The position numbers and the translations under genes were made by a program. Below, piece by piece: positions 1 through 7,978 of a stretch of 64,000 nt of DNA. The notes beneath the pieces are model-generated. The model was not told the origin of the DNA, did not search any database, and saw only the letters and a list, made by a program, of their open reading frames with translations. The DNA comes from an archaeon. GTDB lineage: Archaea > EX4484-52 > WAPT01. The stretch's first letter is position 1; every line of letters starts with the position of its first letter. The stretch covers positions 128,001 through 192,000 of the forward strand of contig JAPDKB010000002.1 in NCBI GenBank assembly GCA_029258795.1. The letters run 5' to 3'.

Positions 1-153
1 AGCCCTTTCCGGCCACGGATGAATGTAGAGGGAAGGCATGCTTTTGCCTTCGGCAACAGCAATCATCACAGCTTCATCTACAGCCATCTGATGGTACGAA
101 TCCTTTATTTCCGGCAGCTCCACAAATCTGAAGGACGGCAAAGCCATACACAT
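1..153 (-). CDS. lplA: Lipoate-protein ligase A family protein, N-terminal part (runs off window edge; not in ORF track)
   Basis: Hand translation from ATG at 153: MCMALPSFRFVELPEIKDSYHQMAVDEAVMIAVAEGKSMPSLYIHPWPERA. Matches the LplA/LipM N-terminal 'MAxDEA...PxL..W' pattern; start overlaps upstream stop (TGATG); GcvH-like gene in same operon. Confidence 0.75.
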   Translation of the reverse strand, partial: MCMALPSFRFVELPEIKDSYHQMAVDEAVMIAVAEGKSMPSLYIHPWPERA

Positions 154-1484
154 CACTTCAGTTCAAGCTTCTTTCTGCATGCCATTGCAAGTTTTTCCAC
201 TATGTGGAACACGTCCGAAACGAGCGGGTGGTAGTTGAACATGTACTCCTCCACATCGTAAACGCTGGCTCTGTTTCTTATCATCACACTAGCAAGATTC
301 AGCAGTTCCGGAATGACCATGCTTCTTCCCGCTGCCTGTAGGCCGAGAAGCTTACCATCTTTACCAGAGCACACGAGCTTTACCACCTCCCTACCCTTAC
401 CGCGTGTCGTTGAACTTACCACATAATCGAAATGTGCTCTGGCATCTTTCTCCGTGAGACCGCACCCACCAAAATAAAACCCGTCAAGCACGCTTATCCA
501 GTTCTCCAAGAAGCCCGCATATTTCACGCTTTTCTCTCCACCGATTATTCTTGCAAGCATCATGGCTTGTTTTGCTGCAGATGGTGCAAATTTTGAGAGC
601 GCACGTTTGCCAGTGAGAAAATGCGTAACCTCGGCACAGTCCCCGCATGCGTAAACAGAAGGGATATTCGTGCGGAACTTATCATCAACAATTATCCCCA
701 CATCACATTCTATACCCGCCTTTCTAACCATTTCCAGATCGGGAACGAAGCCGGTGCAGTTAACTGCAAAATCAACCTTCAGCTTCTTCCCTCCTTCAAG
801 CAAGACACTCCCATCCTTTATCCCCAGAACCCTCACACCCGTTACGACCTCCACACCCCCTCTAACCTTTTCTTCCACAACTTCCGCAATATTACTATCG
901 AGCAAAGCGGGCAATATCGTGGGCTGAGCTTCAACCATCACAACTTTCAGTCCCCTCTTCTTCAGAGCCTCGCTCACCTCAAGTCCGATGAGACCGCTCC
1001 CAATGATTGCAACACTCTCGCTGTTACCAGCAAGTTCAATGATCCTGTCCGCATCCCTGACATTCTGAAGTTTGGTTAGAGGAACGGAACCATCGTGCTG
1101 GAGCTTTATCTTCGGCTTGGTGGCTCCGACACAGAGACAAAGAACGTCGTAACCTATTTCTCTATTCTTGCCATCGCTTTCTTCCGTTTCCACCTTAACG
1201 ATCTTCTCCCCAACGTCTATTTCTCTCAACTTCGATCCCAGCGCAACCTCAATTCCCTTCGAATTTATATCCTCCACTCCAAATCTGAAGAGATCTTTTC
1301 TGCTAACCTCTCCGGCTATATAATACGGAAGAAGGCAGGGCGAAAAGCCTATCTCATTACGCTCATTCACCAGCGTAACCTCAAACTTTCCCCGCTTGGC
1401 AAGCTCCAGAGCAAGGGTTATCCCCGCAACACCCGCGCCAATAACCACAACCCTTTTCCTGCTGAAGTTATCATCCCTTCGCAT
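153..1484 (-). CDS. FAD-dependent pyridine nucleotide-disulfide oxidoreductase (NADH oxidase/CoA-disulfide reductase-like)
   Basis: GAGVAG FAD motif, single-Cys 'FSPCLLPY' active site, GSGLIGLE NAD motif, 'YACGDC', C-terminal 'YHP'; start placed at MRRDD (1484). Confidence 0.88.
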   Translation of the reverse strand: MRRDDNFSRKRVVVIGAGVAGITLALELAKRGKFEVTLVNERNEIGFSPCLLPYYIAGEVSRKDLFRFGVEDINSKGIEVALGSKLREIDVGEKIVKVETEESDGKNREIGYDVLCLCVGATKPKIKLQHDGSVPLTKLQNVRDADRIIELAGNSESVAIIGSGLIGLEVSEALKKRGLKVVMVEAQPTILPALLDSNIAEVVEEKVRGGVEVVTGVRVLGIKDGSVLLEGGKKLKVDFAVNCTGFVPDLEMVRKAGIECDVGIIVDDKFRTNIPSVYACGDCAEVTHFLTGKRALSKFAPSAAKQAMMLARIIGGEKSVKYAGFLENWISVLDGFYFGGCGLTEKDARAHFDYVVSSTTRGKGREVVKLVCSGKDGKLLGLQAAGRSMVIPELLNLASVMIRNRASVYDVEEYMFNYHPLVSDVFHIVEKLAMACRKKLELK

Positions 1485-1830
1485 AATTTCCTTTCCCCTC
1501 GAATTCATTGAGCGCTTCCATGACATGCTGCAAGTACATCAGCGCTGGACCACCGCCCATCAACACGGCAACCCATGCCGCCTCCAGAATCTCTGCTCTC
1601 GTTGCACCGGCGTCCATTGCGTTCTTAACGTGCAGAACTATGCACGACTTGCACTGCGATTTCACGGCAAGCGCTACGGATATGAGTTCCTTCACCTTTT
1701 TTGAAAGTACGCCATCCTTCTCGCACACCTCCAGCAAATTCTGAAATGCTTCCCAGTGCTCAGCGTTTTCTTTCCCTATCAATCCGATGTTTCTGATAAT
1801 CTTTCTCATGAGATCTTCATACTCTCCCAT
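1471..1830 (-). CDS. Carboxymuconolactone decarboxylase/AhpD-like protein
   Basis: 'KELISVALAVKSQCKSCIVLH...GAT..EI.EA' AhpD core with CxxC and His. Confidence 0.88.
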   Translation of the reverse strand: MGEYEDLMRKIIRNIGLIGKENAEHWEAFQNLLEVCEKDGVLSKKVKELISVALAVKSQCKSCIVLHVKNAMDAGATRAEILEAAWVAVLMGGGPALMYLQHVMEALNEFEGKGNYAKG

Positions 1831-1852
1831 TGCAACCACCTCAATTCGATAC

Positions 1853-2251
1853 TCACCCTTCAGCGAGCATTCTTCTTTTTTCTTCCGCAGTATGAAGCGC
1901 TTTCAGCTCCCCCTCATTCTCAAGCTTAACCTTCATTATCCAGCTTCCATATGGATCGTGGTTTATGCGCGAGGGCTCGTCAAACAGCTCCTCATTGACA
2001 TCAACTATCTCTCCGCTTACAGGGCTTGAAATATGCCCGCTCCACTTTATCGCTTCAAGCGAAACGTACACATCACCTTTTTTTATCCTTTTTCCTTTTT
2101 CCGGCAGTTTTACGAACACAAACTCATCAACTTTTTTCACCGCCGGCTCAATTAATCCGACGCTAACAACACCATCTTTCTCAACCTTCACCCACGAGTA
2201 CTCATCATCGTAGAGCAGGTCTTCGGGCAGGTTGAACTCTCCGCTCATCAC
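1853..2251 (-). CDS. gcvH: GcvH-like lipoyl-carrier protein
   Basis: 'LLYDDEYSWV', lipoyl-Lys motif 'LEAIKWSGHISSPVSGEIVDVN', 'INHDPYGSWIMKV'. Confidence 0.85.
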   Translation of the reverse strand: MMSGEFNLPEDLLYDDEYSWVKVEKDGVVSVGLIEPAVKKVDEFVFVKLPEKGKRIKKGDVYVSLEAIKWSGHISSPVSGEIVDVNEELFDEPSRINHDPYGSWIMKVKLENEGELKALHTAEEKRRMLAEG

Positions 2252-3834
2252 GACTCACCCTTTCTTTTCATTTTCATGCTCTCTTTTTTATTTTTACTTG
2301 CACCGCCACTCTTTTCTTTATTTTTCTCTCTATCTTTGCTTTCCTTTTCCTGTCCTTTCACAATACCCAGCTTGAGAGACACGAGAGCGATGATAAGAGC
2401 AAGCCCTATCGCTCCAAGGAGAATAGCTACAGAGGTCAGCACGTTAGTGAGCAAGTTTGGATTGATGAGCAGCACCAGACCCAGAGCGAGCATCATCATG
2501 CCTGAAATGAGTTTCAACACTCTTCCCTGAAATTCGGTGAGCTTTCTCGCCCCCAAGGTCAGTGTGAAAGCAATCACGATCATCGCAAGAGGAATGACAT
2601 AGACAATGTTGTAAAGCACGAGGTAAGCATAATAATGGAGTGTGGGTAGCTCTCTTAGAGTGAGGATTCTTGTGAAGAGCATGGGGAAACCGGCTGTGCA
2701 CAGCAGCTCGTAGGTGTTTGCTGAAACCGCGAGCACGATTGTTCCCGCAAGCATGGCGGGCAAGGATTCAGATTTGAGGAGTTGTCTCATCCTTTTGAAG
2801 AGCTTTGGCTTTGCGCTCTCCGGAATGGTGAGCGAAACACCCTTCTTAAACGCAAAGAAGTCCTTTATGTTGATGAGAGCCATGACGACAGCCACCAATC
2901 CAGCTATCGTGGTGATGAAGGACACGCTGCCAGCTATCAGGAAAAAGTTGAGCCAAGCAGCCATGAAAAGGAAGTATATAAATCCGGAAAAGAAGACAAA
3001 AACACCACCTATCAGCAGCATTCTTTTGCGGGAGTTGGCATAGATGAGCATGCTCAGCAGGAAAAATAGCACGAAGAACGCACACGGGTTTATGCTGTCC
3101 AGCGCGCCCAATATGATCGTTATTAGCACCAAGCTTGAGGTTTGGGGGTTAAGGGAGGAAAGAAGAGGGACTTTGTTGAACTCGTTCCTGAGCTGGGAAA
3201 ACGGCGCTGAAATATTTGTACTTACATTTTCTTCCGTGCTTGGTGTACTCCACTCCTGCTCTTTCGCGATTTTTCCCGTTTCCTCATATTTTTTCAACAC
3301 CTCAAGTGGTGAGGGGCAGCCGTTTTTCAGACAAGAGACAATCATGCTTTCAATCTTGGTTCCTGTGGTGGAATCATCTCCGTATCCCACAACAGGATCG
3401 AACGTGCCTATGAATGTTGTGGGCACGCCCATGGCCTTCGTGCCATAAGCGACGGCCATTTTTTGAAAAAGAACAGCATTCGTTCGGTTATACCATACCT
3501 CCATATAATGTACTTTAAGGTAGGGCGCGTATTTTTCTTCAAGCTTCTGCAGGAATGGCTTCTCTTTTGCACAGTGCGGACAGCCATTACCCCAGAAGAA
3601 ATACACTTCTATGTAATGAAAAGATTGTGAGGTGGGTGAAGCTGTTGTGGTTGCGTGTTCGTTCTGCTCTGCTTTTGTAGGAATCTTCAAGGTGCAGGTT
3701 GTGGAGGAGGAAGTTGAAACGGAACATGTAGCTGCGGTGGGCTGAATAGAATGGCTGAATCCCAAGCTTGCACTCGCTATGAACACCAGAACGATTAAAG
3801 AGAGTATTGCCGGCAGAGAGATTTTGGTCTGCAT
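2248..3834 (-). CDS. Membrane redox protein: signal peptide, thioredoxin/glutaredoxin domain (CPHC), CcdA/DsbD-like transmembrane domain
   Basis: 'FFWGNGCPHC'; multiple TM helices with two membrane Cys ('SINPCAFF', 'ELLCTAGFP'). Confidence 0.8.
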   Translation of the reverse strand: MQTKISLPAILSLIVLVFIASASLGFSHSIQPTAATCSVSTSSSTTCTLKIPTKAEQNEHATTTASPTSQSFHYIEVYFFWGNGCPHCAKEKPFLQKLEEKYAPYLKVHYMEVWYNRTNAVLFQKMAVAYGTKAMGVPTTFIGTFDPVVGYGDDSTTGTKIESMIVSCLKNGCPSPLEVLKKYEETGKIAKEQEWSTPSTEENVSTNISAPFSQLRNEFNKVPLLSSLNPQTSSLVLITIILGALDSINPCAFFVLFFLLSMLIYANSRKRMLLIGGVFVFFSGFIYFLFMAAWLNFFLIAGSVSFITTIAGLVAVVMALINIKDFFAFKKGVSLTIPESAKPKLFKRMRQLLKSESLPAMLAGTIVLAVSANTYELLCTAGFPMLFTRILTLRELPTLHYYAYLVLYNIVYVIPLAMIVIAFTLTLGARKLTEFQGRVLKLISGMMMLALGLVLLINPNLLTNVLTSVAILLGAIGLALIIALVSLKLGIVKGQEKESKDREKNKEKSGGASKNKKESMKMKRKGES

Positions 3835-3904
3835 ATATCAACACTACCACTGAAACCTTATAAATATCTTGGTTTCAAAATCGGAAACCTTTTAATGATT
3901 TGAG

Positions 3905-4906
3905 ATGATATTTGCAGAAATGTACGAACCAAGGCTTGATGAGATTCTCGAATTGCTGAAGAAAAATGTGAATCATGGCAGCAGGGTGTTTCTGCAGCTT
4001 CCGGAAGGACTGAAGAAAAAAGCACAGATAATAGTAGAGGGAATTGAAAAGAAAGGTTATGAAGTGGTTGTGGACATAGAACCGTGTTTTGGAGCTTGCG
4101 ATGTTCCTGTGGCAAGAGCTAAGGTGGAGGGTTGCGATGTTGTTCTTCATCTGGGGCACACGCCCATTCTGGAGCTTGATTCTCAGATAAAAGAAATGCA
4201 CGGCATTAAGGTGGTATACTATCCCGTCCATGCTATAGTGGACTTAACACCTCTGCTTGAGAGGGCTGCGGGTCTTTTGGAGAGAGGGTCAAAAGTTAGT
4301 GTAGCGACAACCATCCAGTTCCACCACGTGCTGGAAAGCATAACCGAAGAGCTTAAAAAGCAAGGTTTCACGCCCTTGATAGGAAAGAGTGCGAGAACCG
4401 GTCTGGAAGGCGTGGTTCTGGGCTGTGATTATGCCGCGATGAAGAAGATGGATGGGGAAGTAATGTCACACCTTTTCATTGCGGGAGGAGAGTTCCATGT
4501 AAAGGGTGCGATTAGAGAGGTGAACAAGTCAATTGTACACATTAATCCTGAGAGAAATGAAGTCAAGTTGATTGGAAAGGAAGAGAGGGAAAAGATCATG
4601 AGAAGGGAAATGTTGCTAGTGGAGAAGTTCAAGGAAGCGGAAAAGATAGGCATATTGACCTCCACCAAGCTCGGGCAGAGGTTCGGAGATCCATTTAAGG
4701 TTAAGAGGGCTGTGGAGAAGCTGGGCAAAAAATGCTTCGTCCTGAGTGGAGATTTGATCAGCAGAGAGAAGCTGGAAGGTTTGGATGTTGATTTTTATAT
4801 AATACTGGCTTGTCCGCGTCTGGAAGAAGATACCACCATATTCAGTGCTCCTGCCATCGCATGGGGCACTCTAGTTAAACATTTAAAGATTACAGGTATT
4901 GATTAA
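3905..4906 (+). CDS. dph2: Diphthamide biosynthesis enzyme Dph2
   Basis: 'LQLPEGLK', 'PCFGACD', 'LHLGH', 'VLGC', 'ACPR' Fe-S ligand motifs. Confidence 0.93.
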   Translation: MIFAEMYEPRLDEILELLKKNVNHGSRVFLQLPEGLKKKAQIIVEGIEKKGYEVVVDIEPCFGACDVPVARAKVEGCDVVLHLGHTPILELDSQIKEMHGIKVVYYPVHAIVDLTPLLERAAGLLERGSKVSVATTIQFHHVLESITEELKKQGFTPLIGKSARTGLEGVVLGCDYAAMKKMDGEVMSHLFIAGGEFHVKGAIREVNKSIVHINPERNEVKLIGKEEREKIMRREMLLVEKFKEAEKIGILTSTKLGQRFGDPFKVKRAVEKLGKKCFVLSGDLISREKLEGLDVDFYIILACPRLEEDTTIFSAPAIAWGTLVKHLKITGID

Positions 4907-4931
4907 ATGTTCAAATCCACGGGGTGAAATC

Positions 4932-5207
4932 ATGGAGATAAACGTGAAGAAGGAGAAGGACGGCACACTCATCGTGGAGGTGAAAGGTGTTGATGCTTAT
5001 CTTCCCAACCTTCTCAGACAGGAGCTGTGGAATGATGATGGAGTAACCTTTGCGGCTTTTGATAAGGATCACCCTTACATAGGAACACCGAAACTCATCG
5101 TGAGGGGAAAGAACCCGGAGAAATCCCTGATGGATGCCATTGAAAGACTTAAAAACATGTTCAAACAGCTGGAAGATTCGTTTAAATCTTCCTTTCAATC
5201 TCAGTAA
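4932..5207 (+). CDS. rpoL: DNA-directed RNA polymerase subunit L (Rpo11)
   Basis: 'NLLRQEL...VTFAAF..DHP' pattern, about 90 aa; GGGGTGA RBS before ATG 4932. Confidence 0.85.
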   Translation: MEINVKKEKDGTLIVEVKGVDAYLPNLLRQELWNDDGVTFAAFDKDHPYIGTPKLIVRGKNPEKSLMDAIERLKNMFKQLEDSFKSSFQSQ

Positions 5208-5325
5208 ATTTCGTTTATCGACGAAATATTATTTGTGCATTTAGATAACATTTAAAAAGTTTTTTATACTAATAGGAGCTCCACGTGAAAATTTTCTTGT
5301 GAATTGATAAAAGCTAGCGGTGATT

Positions 5326-5817
5326 ATGTCCATGGAAGCACAAACCCGTATAAATCACAAAAGGAGATTCAGGATACCTGAAAAGCTGGAAGACCTGTTC
5401 TATTTATTGCTGGGAATGTTCATAGCATTCCTTATATACCACTTGATGGCATTTGCTCTGCATACTTCCGATCCAATAGTTTCGGTGGTATCATGCTCCA
5501 TGTTGCCAACACTGGATAGAGGAGACTTGCTCGTTGTTAAGGGCGTTACTTTTGAAGAGATAGTGGCGGGAAGAAAAAACGGCACCATCATAGTTTACCG
5601 CCATCCTGTGGATGGCAGGCTTATAGTTCACAGAGTATACGAGAAATTACCTGATGGGACGCTGCGAACATGGGGAGACAACAATCCCGTTCCCGACCCA
5701 TGGGTTGTACCAATCGAAAATGTGGTTGGTAAGGTTATGTATAGGATACCGTATTTGGGATATCCTAAAATAATCCTGTCGGAGCTTGTGGGAGCTACCC
5801 CTTCCATCTCATGCTGA
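5326..5817 (+). CDS. sec11: Signal peptidase I, archaeal Sec11 type
   Basis: TM helix then 'VVSCSMLPTLDRGDL', 'IVHRV', 'TWGDNN..PD', 'IPYLGY'. Confidence 0.92.
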   Translation: MSMEAQTRINHKRRFRIPEKLEDLFYLLLGMFIAFLIYHLMAFALHTSDPIVSVVSCSMLPTLDRGDLLVVKGVTFEEIVAGRKNGTIIVYRHPVDGRLIVHRVYEKLPDGTLRTWGDNNPVPDPWVVPIENVVGKVMYRIPYLGYPKIILSELVGATPSISC

Positions 5818-6188
5818 ACGTTAATCTCAAGACCCGGGGGTGGTGCAGTATCAAACTGTGTAAGAAGTGTGGTAGTTTAATGCAGCCAATAAAGAAGGAT
5901 GGAAAAGTTATACTGGTGTGTATGAGGTGTGGTAGGAAAGAGAAGATGACCTCTAATGATAACTTCAAGATAACTGAAAGGATAGAGCATGATGCTGCTA
6001 GGGATAGCATTCCTGTGGTGGATGAGGAAAATGAGGTTAAACAATTACCCACAACCACAATCGAATGTCCAAAATGCGGACATAACGAGGCAGAATGGTG
6101 GACGATGCAAACCAGAAGCAGTGATGAACCGGAAACAAGGTTCTACAGATGCACAAAATGCAAGCATACATGGAGAGAATACAGCTGA
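5811..6188 (+). CDS. tfs: Transcription factor S (TFS)
   Basis: N-terminal Zn ribbon and C-terminal 'CPKCGH...QTRSSDEPETRFYRCTKCKHTWREY' with catalytic DE; start uncertain. Confidence 0.95.
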   Translation: MLNVNLKTRGWCSIKLCKKCGSLMQPIKKDGKVILVCMRCGRKEKMTSNDNFKITERIEHDAARDSIPVVDEENEVKQLPTTTIECPKCGHNEAEWWTMQTRSSDEPETRFYRCTKCKHTWREYS

Positions 6189-6254
6189 ACACCCTTTTCT
6201 ACCACCTTTCTTAATTATATCATTTAAAAAAATTTACGTGCCATTAACTTCTCC

Positions 6255-6542
6255 ATGCAGCTGGATGAGGAGACGGTGCGGAGGGTGGCATTTCTTGCGC
6301 GTCTGAAGCTTGACGAGGAGGAGGTAGAGAAATACAGGAGAGAGCTGGAGAGCATACTGGAAAGCTTTCACGTTCTGAACGAAGCAAAGGTTGATGGTCT
6401 TGAGCCTGCCTTCCAGCCCATTCCCGTAAAAAACGTTTTCAGGAGGGACGATGTTGGGGAAAGTGTGCCTCAGGATCTGGCTCTTTCAAACACAAAAAAT
6501 CGAGAAGGAGGTTTTTTTAAAGGTCCAAAAGTCATGGATTGA
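6255..6542 (+). CDS. gatC: Asp/Glu-tRNA amidotransferase subunit C
   Basis: 'VRRVAFLARLKL', 'NVFRRD', 'FFKGPKV'; directly upstream of gatA. Confidence 0.93.
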   Translation: MQLDEETVRRVAFLARLKLDEEEVEKYRRELESILESFHVLNEAKVDGLEPAFQPIPVKNVFRRDDVGESVPQDLALSNTKNREGGFFKGPKVMD

Positions 6543-6550
6543 TGGTGTGA

Positions 6551-7978
6551 ATGATGACAAAAGTACAGCCTCTTCGGGAATTCATTCAGGATGTTCGGGC
6601 AGGAAATGTTGATGAGGAGGAGTTCCTGCACAGCGTTATGGAAGCTTGTAGCAAGCTTGATGAGGAGTATGAGCCGTTCATAACTCTCAGGAATGTAGAA
6701 GAGGTGTTAGAGGAAGGTAGAGGTTTGCTAAAAACTAAAGGAAAGATGCCTCTCGTACCCTTCAGCGTGAAGGACAATATATGTACCGCTGGTGTTAGAA
6801 CCACCGCCGGTAGCAAAATATTGCACGACTACATTCCGTTTTTCGATGCCACCTGCGTTAAAGCTCTCAAGGATGAAGGTGCTGTTCTGATAGGCAAAAC
6901 CGCCACAGACGAGTTCGGATTTGGCACTTTCTGCACCAACTGCGCTTTTTGCACACCTAAAAATCCGCACGACAAGAGCAGGGTTTGTGGCGGTTCTTCC
7001 GGAGGAGCTGCATGTATAACAGCATTGGCGTCATTTCCGCACGTTGCAATCGCTGAAAGTACCGGCGGTTCTATAGCGTGTCCCGCAAGTTTCTGTGGAG
7101 TGTTCGGTTTCACCCCCACTTATGGTGTTGTGAGCAGGTACGGGCTGGTGGATTACGCTAACTCACTGGATAAAATAGGTCTGATGGCGAAATATATTGA
7201 TGACATCATGCTCGCATTTGAGTTCATATCCCGCAGGGATGAGCGTGATTCCACATGCGTTGGACTTGATAAGGAAGATCACGACATAACTCTTGAGAGG
7301 ATTACACTCGGGATTCCGAAAGAGTTTGTGGAAGCTGTAACGGATGAGAAAGTGCTGAAGACCTTCCAGAGCTTTGTGAAGAAGCTTGAGGGAAACGGCG
7401 TCAACATCGTTCAGGTGAGCATTCCATCCGTGAAATACGCTCTTGCAGCTTACTACATAGTTGCAACGGCTGAAGCTTCCACCAATCTAGCGAAGTTCTG
7501 CGGGATGAGGTACGGCTATGAGAAGAATCCGGAGGGAAAGCATTACAACGAGTATTTCAGCGAGGTGAGAAGCGAAGGTTTTGGGGAGGAGGCAAAACGA
7601 AGAATCCTCTTGGGTACATTTGCAAGGATGGCCGGTTACAGAGATGCTTACTACCTGAGAGCCTTGAAGGTCAGAACACTTGTGATCAGAGAGTTTGAGA
7701 AAGCTCTGAAGAATGCGGACTTTTTGCTGGCTCCAACTATGCCTGTACTTCCTCCACGTTTTGAAGATGTGAAGGAGATGAGCCCTGCCGAAGTTTACGC
7801 CATGGATGTGCTCACCGTGCCCGCCAACTTTGCTGGCTTACCTCACATTTCCCTGCCGTGCGGAAGCGTCGCTGGACTTCCGGTTGGGGTGCAGCTGATG
7901 GGCAGGCACTTTTCCGACTGGAAAATGCTTTCTCTGGCAAAAATAATGGAGGAAGCTGAACTCACGCATTCCTTCTGA
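6551..7978 (+). CDS. gatA: Asp/Glu-tRNA amidotransferase subunit A
   Basis: Amidase signature 'VKDNI', 'GGSSGG', 'STGGSI', 'GFGEEAKRRILLGTF'. Confidence 0.95.
   Translation: MMTKVQPLREFIQDVRAGNVDEEEFLHSVMEACSKLDEEYEPFITLRNVEEVLEEGRGLLKTKGKMPLVPFSVKDNICTAGVRTTAGSKILHDYIPFFDATCVKALKDEGAVLIGKTATDEFGFGTFCTNCAFCTPKNPHDKSRVCGGSSGGAACITALASFPHVAIAESTGGSIACPASFCGVFGFTPTYGVVSRYGLVDYANSLDKIGLMAKYIDDIMLAFEFISRRDERDSTCVGLDKEDHDITLERITLGIPKEFVEAVTDEKVLKTFQSFVKKLEGNGVNIVQVSIPSVKYALAAYYIVATAEASTNLAKFCGMRYGYEKNPEGKHYNEYFSEVRSEGFGEEAKRRILLGTFARMAGYRDAYYLRALKVRTLVIREFEKALKNADFLLAPTMPVLPPRFEDVKEMSPAEVYAMDVLTVPANFAGLPHISLPCGSVAGLPVGVQLMGRHFSDWKMLSLAKIMEEAELTHSF

Noticed and set aside
153-1484. Classical dihydrolipoamide dehydrogenase (GcvL)
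   Set aside because: It lacks the CxxxxC redox disulfide and has the single-Cys NADH oxidase/CoADR-type site instead.
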